Assembly: GCA_041645165.1 (NCBI GenBank)
Contig: JBAZQN010000004.1
Coordinates: 18,789 to 82,788, forward strand
Length of the DNA: 64,000 nt
Direction of reading: 5' to 3'
From: Patescibacteria group bacterium
Lineage (GTDB): Bacteria; Patescibacteriota; Patescibacteriia; 2-02-FULL-49-11
This document shows positions 37,141-46,590 of the stretch, piece after piece. The notes beneath the pieces were generated by a model, which saw only the letters and a list, made by a program, of their open reading frames with translations, was not told the DNA's origin and ran no database searches. Position 1 is the stretch's first letter. Each line of letters begins with the position of its first letter. Made by a program: the position numbers and the translations under genes.

Positions 37141-37262
37141 TCGAAATACGAAACTCTAAATCCTAAACAAATTCGAAACTCAAATATACAAAATCCAAAA
37201 CAATTTTGAACATTCGAATTTTGGATTTGGTGCTTGTTTAAAAATTAGGATTTCTGATTTAG
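37141..37262. repeat. AT-rich inverted/direct repeat element (aaaatccaaaa...ttttggattt; taggattt x2)
   Basis: Related by shared words to the elements at 9778 and 62866. Confidence 0.5.
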
Positions 37263-38156
37263 GATTTTCACGCTGTGTCCTCCAAACTCCTGCCGCAGCG
37301 CCGCGACCACTTTGTGCGCGAAACCGTCCTTGCACTGCCGCGAGCGCGCGCGCTCCTGAAGCGCAGCCTTAATGGCCGGCACACGCACGCCACGTCGCTT
37401 TGCTTCTTCAACCGTCCAATTCCCCGTCGTCCCTCCCTCAACATACGGCGCAATGCGTCTGAATCCTGGATTTTTGAGCGCATCTCTCGCCCATGCGATT
37501 AACCGCGAATCAATAATGCTCTTCTTCGTCCACACGTCAGCGACCTCGGCAAGTTTTAATTTAAAAAGTGATCCGTGCAATACCGCCAAGCCTTCACCAA
37601 TCGCTTCCATCATCCCCACCTCAATGCCATTGTGCACGGTCTTTACCAAATGTCCGGCGCCTGAGGCTCCGCAATAAAGATAGCCCCCTCGAGGACGGCT
37701 CATAATCTTTAATAAGGGTTCAAGCATCTTGAAAGCTTTTTTCTCTCCTCCCGCCATAAAACACCATCCGTTGCGCGCGCCGCTTGTACCCCCGCTCGTG
37801 CCAATGTCCAGAAAATATATCCCTTTGCGCTTTAATGCCTTTGCCCGCCGCTGAGAATCAAGATAATTAGAATTCCCCCCGTCAATCACAATATCACCCT
37901 TTCGTAACTGACCAACTAATAAACTGATTAACTGAGTAACTGGCCTACCCTGCGGCACCATGAGCCAAATGATCTTCCTCCCTTTAAGCCGTGAGGCTGC
38001 ATCCCGCGCTGACGACGCAATCACCGCACCTGCCCGCTTCAGGGCAGGATAGGCTTGAGAAGAGCGGTTATACGCCACCACGCTCACTCCATTCTTCAGG
38101 AGACGGAGCGCCATCGCCCCGCCCATTTTTCCAAGTCCTATAAATCCAATGGTCAT
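37245..38156 (-). CDS. 6-phosphogluconate dehydrogenase (decarboxylating)-like, short NAD(P)-binding form
   Basis: MTIGFIGLGKMGGAMALRL Rossmann N-terminus. 6PGDH C-domain-like GTSGGTSGARNGW...HNGIE. 303 aa. Confidence 0.7.
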   Translation of the reverse strand: MTIGFIGLGKMGGAMALRLLKNGVSVVAYNRSSQAYPALKRAGAVIASSARDAASRLKGRKIIWLMVPQGRPVTQLISLLVGQLRKGDIVIDGGNSNYLDSQRRAKALKRKGIYFLDIGTSGGTSGARNGWCFMAGGEKKAFKMLEPLLKIMSRPRGGYLYCGASGAGHLVKTVHNGIEVGMMEAIGEGLAVLHGSLFKLKLAEVADVWTKKSIIDSRLIAWARDALKNPGFRRIAPYVEGGTTGNWTVEEAKRRGVRVPAIKAALQERARSRQCKDGFAHKVVAALRQEFGGHSVKILNQKS

Positions 38157-38167
38157 ACGCGTATTTT

Positions 38168-39301
38168 TTAGGCTTTGGGTGACACGTCGAGTACTATTTT
38201 CAGCTGGTTCGGATCCTGCAAGTCAAACGCTTTGGAGAAATCCTTCAGAGGAAACCGATGGGAAATGGCCCGTGTGAGGATGTGGTGATAATGCTCTTCA
38301 ATCTCCTGCACCATGGCAACCGCCTTCTTGAAATGCTCGCGGTTCCCGTTCACGCTCCCGATAATCACCTGATTCTGCCTGACTATTTGCCGCAGAAGAA
38401 GGTCCGCGTCAAACTCCTCATTCCTCCCAGACACCCGCGGCACGCCGGTCATGAGGTAGATCGCGTTCCTGCTCATCACCGGGATAAAATCAATGGCGAG
38501 CTTGCTCGCGCCTGACGCTTCAAAGATAAGGTCAATCCGATCAATGCCCTGCGCCACCTGTTGGGCGGTGAACGCATTGCCGTCAATATAACTTGCGCCA
38601 AGTTCCTTGATGAATTGCACTTTGATATTATCCTCCGGCACAATCTCCACGTTATAAAGCTCCATACCGTGAAGCGCGAGTACCGCGGTTGCCAAAAATC
38701 CGAGAGGTCCTGCGCCAATCACAATGCCCTTCTTGCACCCTCCCCAATCTGTCGTGCCCCAACCATGCTGACGGTGGGGGCAGAAAAACGGCACACGCTG
38801 CTGGATCATGAGCATCTGCTCCATCGCCTTCATGATGATACTCATGGGCTCAATCCACACGCTGATAGGACCAAGATCTTTGGGAATCGTGACAAGATGA
38901 TGCGCGTGCTCCACGACATACTCCGTCAGAAACCCGTGCAGCTTATGGATGCCCCGCTCCTTATACAGGCCGGTATAGCAGTAATCGCTCTGATGGTTGC
39001 GGCACGCGGAACAGATACCGCACCCCCTTCTCACGGTCGGCACCACATAATCCCCGGGCTTTATGTCTTTCACCTCTTTCCCCACCGCTTCTACGACGCC
39101 GTAACTCTCGTGCCCCAGCACGAGGAAATCCTCTTGCGCCGGCGCATCCACAAGGTGATGGCGGTACAGCGACTTGTCAGTGCCGTCAATCCCCGTGGCG
39201 ATTATCTTTATCAATACCTCATCTGGCCGCTCAATGCGGGGCTTGGGGATATCAAAGGCAAATATTCCTGGTTCTTTTAATTTTAATCCCGCGGCAAACA
39301 T
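38168..39301 (-). CDS. zinc-dependent medium-chain dehydrogenase (glucose/sugar dehydrogenase-like)
   Basis: GHESYGVV catalytic-Zn region, structural-Zn CGICSACRNHQSDYC, and a GAGPLG nucleotide-binding motif. Confidence 0.7.
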   Translation of the reverse strand: MFAAGLKLKEPGIFAFDIPKPRIERPDEVLIKIIATGIDGTDKSLYRHHLVDAPAQEDFLVLGHESYGVVEAVGKEVKDIKPGDYVVPTVRRGCGICSACRNHQSDYCYTGLYKERGIHKLHGFLTEYVVEHAHHLVTIPKDLGPISVWIEPMSIIMKAMEQMLMIQQRVPFFCPHRQHGWGTTDWGGCKKGIVIGAGPLGFLATAVLALHGMELYNVEIVPEDNIKVQFIKELGASYIDGNAFTAQQVAQGIDRIDLIFEASGASKLAIDFIPVMSRNAIYLMTGVPRVSGRNEEFDADLLLRQIVRQNQVIIGSVNGNREHFKKAVAMVQEIEEHYHHILTRAISHRFPLKDFSKAFDLQDPNQLKIVLDVSPKA

Positions 39302-39445
39302 AGGAATAAGAATTTATTATATGCGGTGCGAAGGTTTCAATAGATATACGCAGATATTCTTCAACTGTTTCAGTATATCCTTGTGTTTCCTATTGTACTA
39401 TACTATCATCAATTTACACCAATCACACCCTCTAACCCATTAATT

Positions 39446-40174
39446 ATGAAACTTTTCATTGATTCAGCCAATCTCGAAGAAATCAAAACCGCGCTATCAT
39501 GGGGCATGGTGGACGGCTGTACCACCAACCCTACGCTTGCCGCCAAGAACGGCGCTAGCCCCGTTAGAAGTAATCCCGCTCAGCGGGATGCAGTTCCGAC
39601 GCTGGAACGGACTTCTAACGGGGTAAACGATTTCCTCCCCATCGCGAAGCAAATCCTCTCGCTCGTCCCCGGACCTGTCAGCCTTGAAGTGCTCTCCCAA
39701 GACTATGCAGGCATGACGCGGGAAGGAGTGGCGCTCGCAAAACTTGGGAAAAATGTAGTCGTGAAGCTCCCCACCACTATTGAAGGCTTGAAAGCATGCC
39801 GTGCGCTCGTCAATAAAAAAATACGCGTCAATATGACGCTGGTATTCTCAGCTCTGCAAGCCTTGCTCGTCGCCAAATCCGGCGCGACCTATGTTTCTCC
39901 ATTTGTCGGACGGCTGGATGACGCGGGGCACGACGGCAACGAGGTGGTGCAAGAAATTATTGAAATCTACGATAATTATGGATTTAAGACCCAGGTCCTG
40001 TATGCCAGCGTCCGCTCACCCTTGCACGTGAAACAAGCGGCGCTCATGGGATGCGACATTGCCACGTGTCCCTTCTCCGTTTTGGAAAAACTGGTCCAGC
40101 ACCCCTTAACCGACACCGGGCTTAGCAAATTCCTCTCGGACTGGAAAAAGTCAGGGTTGAAACCTCTTGTCTAA
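39446..40174 (+). CDS. transaldolase / fructose-6-phosphate aldolase family protein (Fsa/TalC type). Start trimmed to the Met matching family N-termini
   Basis: MKLFIDSANLEEIK...GCTTNP...KLPTT...SPFVGR motifs. It contains a 65-nt in-frame nested-palindrome insertion at 39559-39623. Confidence 0.85.
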   Translation: MKLFIDSANLEEIKTALSWGMVDGCTTNPTLAAKNGASPVRSNPAQRDAVPTLERTSNGVNDFLPIAKQILSLVPGPVSLEVLSQDYAGMTREGVALAKLGKNVVVKLPTTIEGLKACRALVNKKIRVNMTLVFSALQALLVAKSGATYVSPFVGRLDDAGHDGNEVVQEIIEIYDNYGFKTQVLYASVRSPLHVKQAALMGCDIATCPFSVLEKLVQHPLTDTGLSKFLSDWKKSGLKPLV

Positions 40175-40184
40175 CTCCCCTAAC

Positions 40185-40241
40185 CCCTCTTACTCTAAGA
40201 GGGGTACTCGTTTCTACTCCTCCTCTTGAGATAAGAGGAGG
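40185..40241. repeat. two GC-rich palindromes (cccctcttactctaagagggg; cctcctcttgagataagaggagg) downstream of the transaldolase gene
   Basis: Same hairpin family as 16800, 54038 and 54137. Confidence 0.7.
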
Positions 40242-40324
40242 CTGGGTGGAGTTATGAATCAAATAATACAGAACGCCTCGACCGAAAAATCACGATCGAG
40301 GCTTTCTTTTTTCGCATGCGCTGG

Positions 40325-40783
40325 CTACTTCCCGAGTAGACGAAACTTGTCACTATGTACGAGAATCTCCCTCCCCAGTTTCACGAAAACGGAATCTTCG
40401 TAGACGTATGTATCCCCATACCGTACGTAGACGAGTTTTAAGTGATGAACACCGGGAGTGGTTAAAATCTCATCCGGCGCATCACCAACCCGCTCGCCGT
40501 CAAGGAACATCTGCGCACCGTTCCGGTCGAGGTTCACAAAGACCTTGACACTGATCATGGGAAGCACCGCCGGAACGACTAACTTGATTTGTCCGGATAC
40601 GACTTCGAATGAAACGTCAGTGCACACCTCGAAGGCGATGGGGATGCCCTTGACGTACCCTACGAATTTTCCACGCTCGACCATCATGACCGAGTCGAAC
40701 GTGGCCACGGTCTGAGCAACTCCGACGAACGGTATCGACAACGCGAGCACCAACACGAATAAAAAAGCAACGCTTTTCATAAC
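40325..40783 (-). CDS. hypothetical secreted protein. Start taken at the Met giving signal peptide MKSVAFLFVLVLALSIPFVGVAQT
   Basis: Signal peptide after an internal Met. The upstream part of the ORF-track entry lacks RBS support. Confidence 0.4.
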   Translation of the reverse strand, partial: VMKSVAFLFVLVLALSIPFVGVAQTVATFDSVMMVERGKFVGYVKGIPIAFEVCTDVSFEVVSGQIKLVVPAVLPMISVKVFVNLDRNGAQMFLDGERVGDAPDEILTTPGVHHLKLVYVRYGDTYVYEDSVFVKLGREILVHSDKFRLLGK

Positions 40784-40858
40784 GTACTCCCTTCGTGAGT
40801 TTGATGAGTTTGAAATGAATCGATTTTGGGAATTATTTTCACCTCTTTGTACCACGAA

Positions 40859-40874
40859 CTCTCTCTCTCTCTCT
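40859..40874. repeat. (CT)8 dinucleotide microsatellite
   Basis: ctctctctctctctct sits directly upstream of the secreted-protein gene. Confidence 0.9.
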
Positions 40875-40916
40875 GTCAAGTTTAGACGCTGTGAATAATA
40901 GCCTATCCATTCCGTC

Positions 40917-41003
40917 ATTCCAGACTTGATCTGGAATCCAGAAAAATATACAAAATCGACGTTTCTTTTGGCTTTCTGGATTCCCGCCTTCGCGGGAATG
41001 ACA
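40917..41003. repeat. two ATTCC/GGAAT-family hairpin elements (attccagacttgatctggaat; tttctggattcccgc-cttc-gcgggaatgaca)
   Basis: The second copy has the same terminal sequences as the element upstream of pyrD (19106-19160). Confidence 0.7.
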
Positions 41004-41155
41004 GCTGACGCTGAAAAAGTTTATTAATTTACGTTCCCTAAGACGCGGACATGCGCGGAATGTCTCGCGAGCTTTAACGCGGAACTACGCGGAAATAAAA
41101 AAAAGGCCTATGGCCCGATGGTGTGTAATGGCGTTCTAAAGGCTTGTAAGGGCTT

Positions 41156-41782
41156 CTATTTCAACAGAATCGCTCTCACCGGCGACGCTTCAATGCCGAT
41201 AATCTTCAATGGCAAGCAGACGAGAGTGTACTTGCCCGGTTTTACTCCCGTCAGATTCACTCCTTCCACTATGGCAACACCCGCGCGCAGTAGACTCTTA
41301 TGCACGGGATGGCCGGGGTTGCCGCGGCGTTCCACGGAGAGATAATCAACGCCCACTAATTTAATTTTCTTCGCGGCAAGAAATTTGGCGGCATCGTTTC
41401 CTATCGCGCCATAGTCCTGATAAAATCTCTTCGTTAATAAATGTTTCCCGTTGCCCAGATTAAAAAGCAGCCGTTCGCCGCGTTTGATATGAAACCGTGC
41501 TAAATCCTTTACCTCAACTTCTTTCCTCTTCCCTATATTCAATCTTAAAACCCTGCACGGCCCGACAAGGTTATCTAGCGGAATTGTTTCAAGCGGTTTG
41601 CCGGATGACAAAAAATGCGCCGGAGCATCAAGGTGAGTGCCGGTATGCGCGCCGAACGAAAGGTTTGACACCCTGACGCCGTCCTTCGAAAAAGTCCGCA
41701 CCGGCCGCGTGCGCAATCCCTGTTCTCCCGGCCATACCACGAGCGAGGAAGTAAGCGGTAAGGTTACGTCAATTATTTTCAT
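41156..41782 (-). CDS. cyclase-family protein (kynurenine formamidase-like)
   Basis: GTHLDAPAHF metal-binding motif. ~208 aa from the internal Met. Confidence 0.65.
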   Translation of the reverse strand: MKIIDVTLPLTSSLVVWPGEQGLRTRPVRTFSKDGVRVSNLSFGAHTGTHLDAPAHFLSSGKPLETIPLDNLVGPCRVLRLNIGKRKEVEVKDLARFHIKRGERLLFNLGNGKHLLTKRFYQDYGAIGNDAAKFLAAKKIKLVGVDYLSVERRGNPGHPVHKSLLRAGVAIVEGVNLTGVKPGKYTLVCLPLKIIGIEASPVRAILLK

Positions 41783-41916
41783 AAAGAGAAGGTACACGAA
41801 TTGTACCATTTCGCGGATAAGGAATCAAAGTTAAACATGTGATTTATTACCATAATTTCCCTCTTTTTGGTTGATTTTTTTGTCATTTTAAGGTAGGCTG
41901 GTGGCGAGGCTGTCCT

Positions 41917-43491
41917 ATGCCTACTACATTGACCAAACCTATTGCGCAGCTGCTGGATGCATGCCAATCTCCCGAACAGGAAGCGCATAAAGAAACCGTC
42001 ATCCACGTCGACGAAATGGTATCGCGCGCCGCTTTTTTGTATGAAAAAATCCGCAACGCCGTTGACTACCGTGAAGACCACCTCTTAAGGCGAGGCGCGA
42101 TAGAGCGGATGCTGAAGCGCCTGCTCGTGCGCGGCGCGAAAAGCGAAGCAGTGGCCAAACCTCTCATCATTGAACTTATCCGTGCGCGCTACCTGAATAA
42201 TGATGCGCTTCCGGAAAGAATCATCGGTGAAGTCGGGATTATTCTTGAACGCTATATCGCGCTGTGGAATGCCGCGCCCGCGGAAGTGCAGACGAACGCA
42301 GACCTTTTTTCTTGGATGCTGGGAGTCGCGGCGCGCGAAGTCGAGGAGGCGGTTGCGCCATCCCCGCATATCGACAAACTCGTGGAATCGATGTACCGGT
42401 CGCTGGTGGCGCATATCAAGCTCCCCAGCCGCATGACGGACGAGCGCGAAAAAAATACCCAGCTCTTCATCGCCATCCATCGCGCGCTGGTGCAATCGGA
42501 TTTGCCCACTATCCGCTACAAACTCTTCGCCATTTACGCGCCGGGATGGAAAACGATCAATCCGGAACAAATCGGCTCATTGGGATGGAACATCGCTGCC
42601 ATCTCCCAGGCGATAGAACGCGACCTCTCACACCCCGTCGGCGAGTCATTTGCGCGCCATCTCAAAAGATACGCTGCCGCATTCACCGTGCTCCATGACA
42701 TTATTGAAGAAAAGCCGAAGGAAGCGACCGCAGTCCTTACGAACCCCGCCTCGCTCGAAGATCGGGTGCGGAAAGCATGCCAGCTGCGCTACCGAAAAGC
42801 AAAAGAAAAACTGGGCCGTTCCGCAGTGAGGTCCATCATCTTCATCTTCTTTACTAAAATGCTCATCGCCATCGTCCTTGAGATTCCTTATGAAATCTAC
42901 CTCATTAAGTCCTTTAATCCCATTCCGCTGCTTATCAATATCACCATACCTCCCTTCCTTCTGTTCCTTGTCGCGACCACCACCAAAGTGCCCACCAAAA
43001 AAAACACCGAGGCCATTATCGCGACGGTGCGGGACCTCGTGGAAGAAGGGCGCACCATGACCCCTATAGAGATCAAACGCTACTCAAAGCCTATCTTTTC
43101 ATCCATCATGCTCAGCATCGCCTACCTTACGCTCTATGGCGTGACATTCGGCTTTATTATCTGGGGATTGCGCACGCTCCATTTCAATATCATCTCAGGC
43201 GCGCTCTTCCTCCTCTTCTTGTCCCTCGTGTCGTTCTTCGCCATCCGCATCAGGCAAGGGGTGCGCAGGCTGGTGATCATAGAAAGGAAAGAAAATGTAT
43301 TCACCTTCCTCTTTGACCTCTTTACCATTCCGATCATCCGCGCCGGCCGCTGGATCTCCATCAAGTCCTCAAACATCAATATCTTTGTCTTCGTTCTTGA
43401 TTTTCTCATCGAAACCCCGTTTAAATCCCTCCTTGACGTCACGGAAGAATTCACGACGTTTATCAAGGAAAAGAAAGAGGAAGTGCTCTAG
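41917..43491 (+). CDS. hypothetical protein with an N-terminal soluble domain and C-terminal TM helices
   Basis: 524-aa ORF with no recognisable motif, upstream of proBA. Confidence 0.45.
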   Translation: MPTTLTKPIAQLLDACQSPEQEAHKETVIHVDEMVSRAAFLYEKIRNAVDYREDHLLRRGAIERMLKRLLVRGAKSEAVAKPLIIELIRARYLNNDALPERIIGEVGIILERYIALWNAAPAEVQTNADLFSWMLGVAAREVEEAVAPSPHIDKLVESMYRSLVAHIKLPSRMTDEREKNTQLFIAIHRALVQSDLPTIRYKLFAIYAPGWKTINPEQIGSLGWNIAAISQAIERDLSHPVGESFARHLKRYAAAFTVLHDIIEEKPKEATAVLTNPASLEDRVRKACQLRYRKAKEKLGRSAVRSIIFIFFTKMLIAIVLEIPYEIYLIKSFNPIPLLINITIPPFLLFLVATTTKVPTKKNTEAIIATVRDLVEEGRTMTPIEIKRYSKPIFSSIMLSIAYLTLYGVTFGFIIWGLRTLHFNIISGALFLLFLSLVSFFAIRIRQGVRRLVIIERKENVFTFLFDLFTIPIIRAGRWISIKSSNINIFVFVLDFLIETPFKSLLDVTEEFTTFIKEKKEEVL

Positions 43492-43654
43492 TGAGAAACT
43501 CTAAGTGCTAAGTTCTAAATTCTAAACATGATTCGACAAGCGTTCGACTGAGCTCACGCCGAAGGCTCACCATGACAACCGTCTTTGTCACCCTGAGCCA
43601 GACGAAGGGTGTTTGAATTTGAAGCTTGGAACTTTGATTTTTTGCACTCAAACC

Positions 43655-44788
43655 ATGCCGTTACAAACTTATAAAAGGGTCATTATAAAAATTGGCACGG
43701 GAGTACTGACGAATAACGACGGCCAACTCGACCGCGCGCAACTGTCGTCTTCATTTGAAGATCTTGCCGGCGTGATCGCGCAGGGTATCCACGCAGTGCT
43801 TGTCACCTCGGGAGCGGTCGCGATGGGGAGAAGCGCGCTCACCGTCCCTCCCCGCAACGAGCACAGCCGCCAGGCGTGCGCAGCGATCGGCCAACCGCTG
43901 CTGATGCATGCGTACGGGGAGCTGGCGGCGCGCCACGGCCTTACCATTGCCCAGCTTCTTATCACGCGTGAGGATTTTGATAACCGCGCGCGCTATCTCA
44001 ATATCCGCAATACGCTCCATGCGCTCCTCAACATGAACGTGCTGCCGATTATTAATGAGAATGACGTCGTCGCGGTGGACATCGCAGGGGGCGACGCGTT
44101 TGGCGGCAATGATGCGGTGGCCGCCATGGTAGGGCTTCTTATCGACGCAGACCTTCTCTTGATCCTTGGCGAAACGGACGGGGTGCTCGATGCCCCGCCT
44201 GAAACCGGAAGGGCGCAGCGCATTCCCGTAGTGGAACAAATAAACGAGGAACTTCTTGGCGTCGTGGGGAAAGACTCACCCTTGGGGAGAGGCGGCATGA
44301 AAAGGAAACTGGAAGCGGCCAAACTTGCGACCCATTCAGGCATTGAAACCATTATCGCCAACGGGCGGCAAGAAGGGGTGATCACCAACATCATCCTGCA
44401 TGCCGCTGACACGGGCACCCGGTGTATGCCCGCGCAAGAAGCACATTCAAGCCGCGGCCGGTGGCTCATCGGAGGCGTGGTGCAAAAAGGTTCGGTCACG
44501 GTGGACACGGAAGCCGCCAAGGCGCTCCAAAAGGGAAAAAGCCTTCTCCCGATAGGAATCCTAGAGGTCCAAGGGAATTTCGGACGCGGCGAAGCCATTC
44601 GCGTGCTCGATGAACGCGGCGCCAGTATTGCCGTAGGGCTTGCCAATTATGCTTCAGGAGATTTAGATAAAATCAAACGCCTTCCTTCTTCCGAGATTGA
44701 AGCGATGCTCGGCTATTCTGCGGGTGATGAAGCGATTCACAAAGACAATCTCGCGCTTACCAACAGTACTTTAACGTATGGGAAATAA
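43655..44788 (+). CDS. proB: glutamate 5-kinase with C-terminal PUA domain. Start trimmed to MPLQTYKRVIIKIGTG
   Basis: Amino-acid kinase fold KRVIIKIGTGVL...; PUA-like tail GSVTVDTEAAKAL..GKSLLPIGI. Confidence 0.85.
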   Translation: MPLQTYKRVIIKIGTGVLTNNDGQLDRAQLSSSFEDLAGVIAQGIHAVLVTSGAVAMGRSALTVPPRNEHSRQACAAIGQPLLMHAYGELAARHGLTIAQLLITREDFDNRARYLNIRNTLHALLNMNVLPIINENDVVAVDIAGGDAFGGNDAVAAMVGLLIDADLLLILGETDGVLDAPPETGRAQRIPVVEQINEELLGVVGKDSPLGRGGMKRKLEAAKLATHSGIETIIANGRQEGVITNIILHAADTGTRCMPAQEAHSSRGRWLIGGVVQKGSVTVDTEAAKALQKGKSLLPIGILEVQGNFGRGEAIRVLDERGASIAVGLANYASGDLDKIKRLPSSEIEAMLGYSAGDEAIHKDNLALTNSTLTYGK

Positions 44789-46085
44789 TTTTTCTCCGCT
44801 TACGATTGCACAACGCGCACGGACCGCAAGCCTTGCACTCCAGGCAAGCTCTGCCGTAGTGAGAAGCCGCGCTCTTTTGCTTTCCGCGAGAAACCTTGTA
44901 CGCCATAAGCGTGCCATTATTGCCGCGAATAAGGCAGACCTCGCGCAGGCAAAGGGAAAAGTGCCGCAGGCGTTTCTTGACCGCCTTTCGCTGAACGCGA
45001 AACGGTTCCGGGATATGGAGGAAGCGGTACAAGAAATTGCGCGCCAAAGCGATCCGTTGAATGAGCTCGTGGAGCAGAAGAAACTGAAAAACGGCGTAGT
45101 GCTTAAAAAAGTGCGCGTGCCTATCGGCGTGCTTTTTATCATCTATGAAGCCCGCCCCCATGTAACTGCGGACGCCGCTGCTTTAGCGCTCCGCGCAGGA
45201 AACGCCGTCATCCTCAAAGGGGGGTCCGAGGCGCGGAGCACCAATCGCCTTATCGCTCAATGTTTCCAACAAGCGCTAAAAAGCGCAGGACTTCCCCTCC
45301 ATGCCGTGCAATTCATTGATACCGCCGACCGCACCGTCGTGAAAAAACTGTTAAAATGTGCCGACGACATTGACCTTGTCATACCCCGCGGCGGCTATGG
45401 CCTCGTGAAGTGGGCGCGCAAGGAATCTGACATTCCTTCGCTTTCCCACGCGGAAGGGCTTGACCATACCTATGTGGATGCGTCTGCGGACATTCCGCTG
45501 GCACTCAAGGTGATAGTGAATGCGAAGACGAGCTTCCCTGCAGCCTGCAACTCGCTTGATACCCTCTTGGTGCATAAAAAAATCGCTCCACAATTATTAC
45601 CATTATTGCAGAATGGGTTAATACCCTATCACGTAGAACTGAGATGTGATACCGCTGCTCTGCGCATTTTCAAATCAAGGAAACCGCCTCTCATATCCCC
45701 TCCTTACCAAGGAGGGGAAGGGGAGGTCTCCATAAAAGCGGCAACCGCGAAGGACTGGGATACTGAATATTTAAGTTTAACCATGGGCATTAGAATAGTG
45801 CCAAACGTCGACGAAGCAATTGCGCACATCAATGCGCACGGCTCAAAACATTCTGAAGGCATTATCGCGCGCGATAAAAAAACAATCGCGTTATTCAAAA
45901 AAAATGTGGATGCAGCAGGTATATTCGTAAATTGCTCCACCCGCCTTCACGACGGCGGCGTCTTCGGGCTTGGGGCGGAAATGGGCATCAACACCGGCAA
46001 GCTCCATGCCCGCGGCCCGGTCGGCGCCAGGGAGCTTACGACCTACAAATGGATCGCGGAAGGGAAGGGACAAATTCGCACGTAA
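44778..46085 (+). CDS. proA: gamma-glutamyl phosphate reductase
   Basis: ALDH-like fold, catalytic Cys region FVNCSTRLHDGG, 435 aa. In-frame palindrome insertion at 45697-45717 (SPPYQGGEGE). Confidence 0.9.
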   Translation: MGNNFSPLTIAQRARTASLALQASSAVVRSRALLLSARNLVRHKRAIIAANKADLAQAKGKVPQAFLDRLSLNAKRFRDMEEAVQEIARQSDPLNELVEQKKLKNGVVLKKVRVPIGVLFIIYEARPHVTADAAALALRAGNAVILKGGSEARSTNRLIAQCFQQALKSAGLPLHAVQFIDTADRTVVKKLLKCADDIDLVIPRGGYGLVKWARKESDIPSLSHAEGLDHTYVDASADIPLALKVIVNAKTSFPAACNSLDTLLVHKKIAPQLLPLLQNGLIPYHVELRCDTAALRIFKSRKPPLISPPYQGGEGEVSIKAATAKDWDTEYLSLTMGIRIVPNVDEAIAHINAHGSKHSEGIIARDKKTIALFKKNVDAAGIFVNCSTRLHDGGVFGLGAEMGINTGKLHARGPVGARELTTYKWIAEGKGQIRT

Positions 46086-46273
46086 GGGTAAACAATCCAG
46101 TGTAAAACGCATACGTCACAACTCTAATTACGACAATGCCATAATCATATCCCCCGCTATTAGCAACGATCGTGGTATTTAGGCACAGGTATCTTTTCTA
46201 GTTTCCTCCTCCCGTGAAAATATAACTTTCATAACAAACCGCGTAATCATTTAACAGTTTAACAATTTATTTT

Positions 46274-46522
46274 ATGCGCTCAAAAACCGCGCTCAAAATC
46301 ATCCTCGTCATCGGCCTCGCCGGCTTAACATTCTCCGGTTACTTATCCTACTGGGAACTCCTCCGCGGCACGTGCCAGAACTCGCTCGTCTCCTGCGGCA
46401 CCGGCGCCGCACCCGTCACCACGTACCTCAAATACCCCGCCTGCGTCTACGGATTCTTCATGTATCTGCTCGTCACTCTCATCGCCATCTTGGGCTTAAT
46501 AAAAAAAGAACAAGTTCAATAA
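46274..46522 (+). CDS. small hypothetical membrane protein (2 TM, Cys pair CQNSLVSC)
   Basis: 82-aa ORF with two hydrophobic helices. Confidence 0.35.
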   Translation: MRSKTALKIILVIGLAGLTFSGYLSYWELLRGTCQNSLVSCGTGAAPVTTYLKYPACVYGFFMYLLVTLIAILGLIKKEQVQ

Positions 46523-46590
46523 TCTCTCTTCACGCTCACTCATAGAAACCCACTTCTGGCCTATTCCAAAAGTGGGTTTTATCTTTTAAT

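Noticed and set aside
43751-44646. Minus-strand ORFs of 162 and 217 aa inside proB
   Set aside because: They are antisense to glutamate 5-kinase, have Arg/Ala/Pro-rich composition and no RBS.
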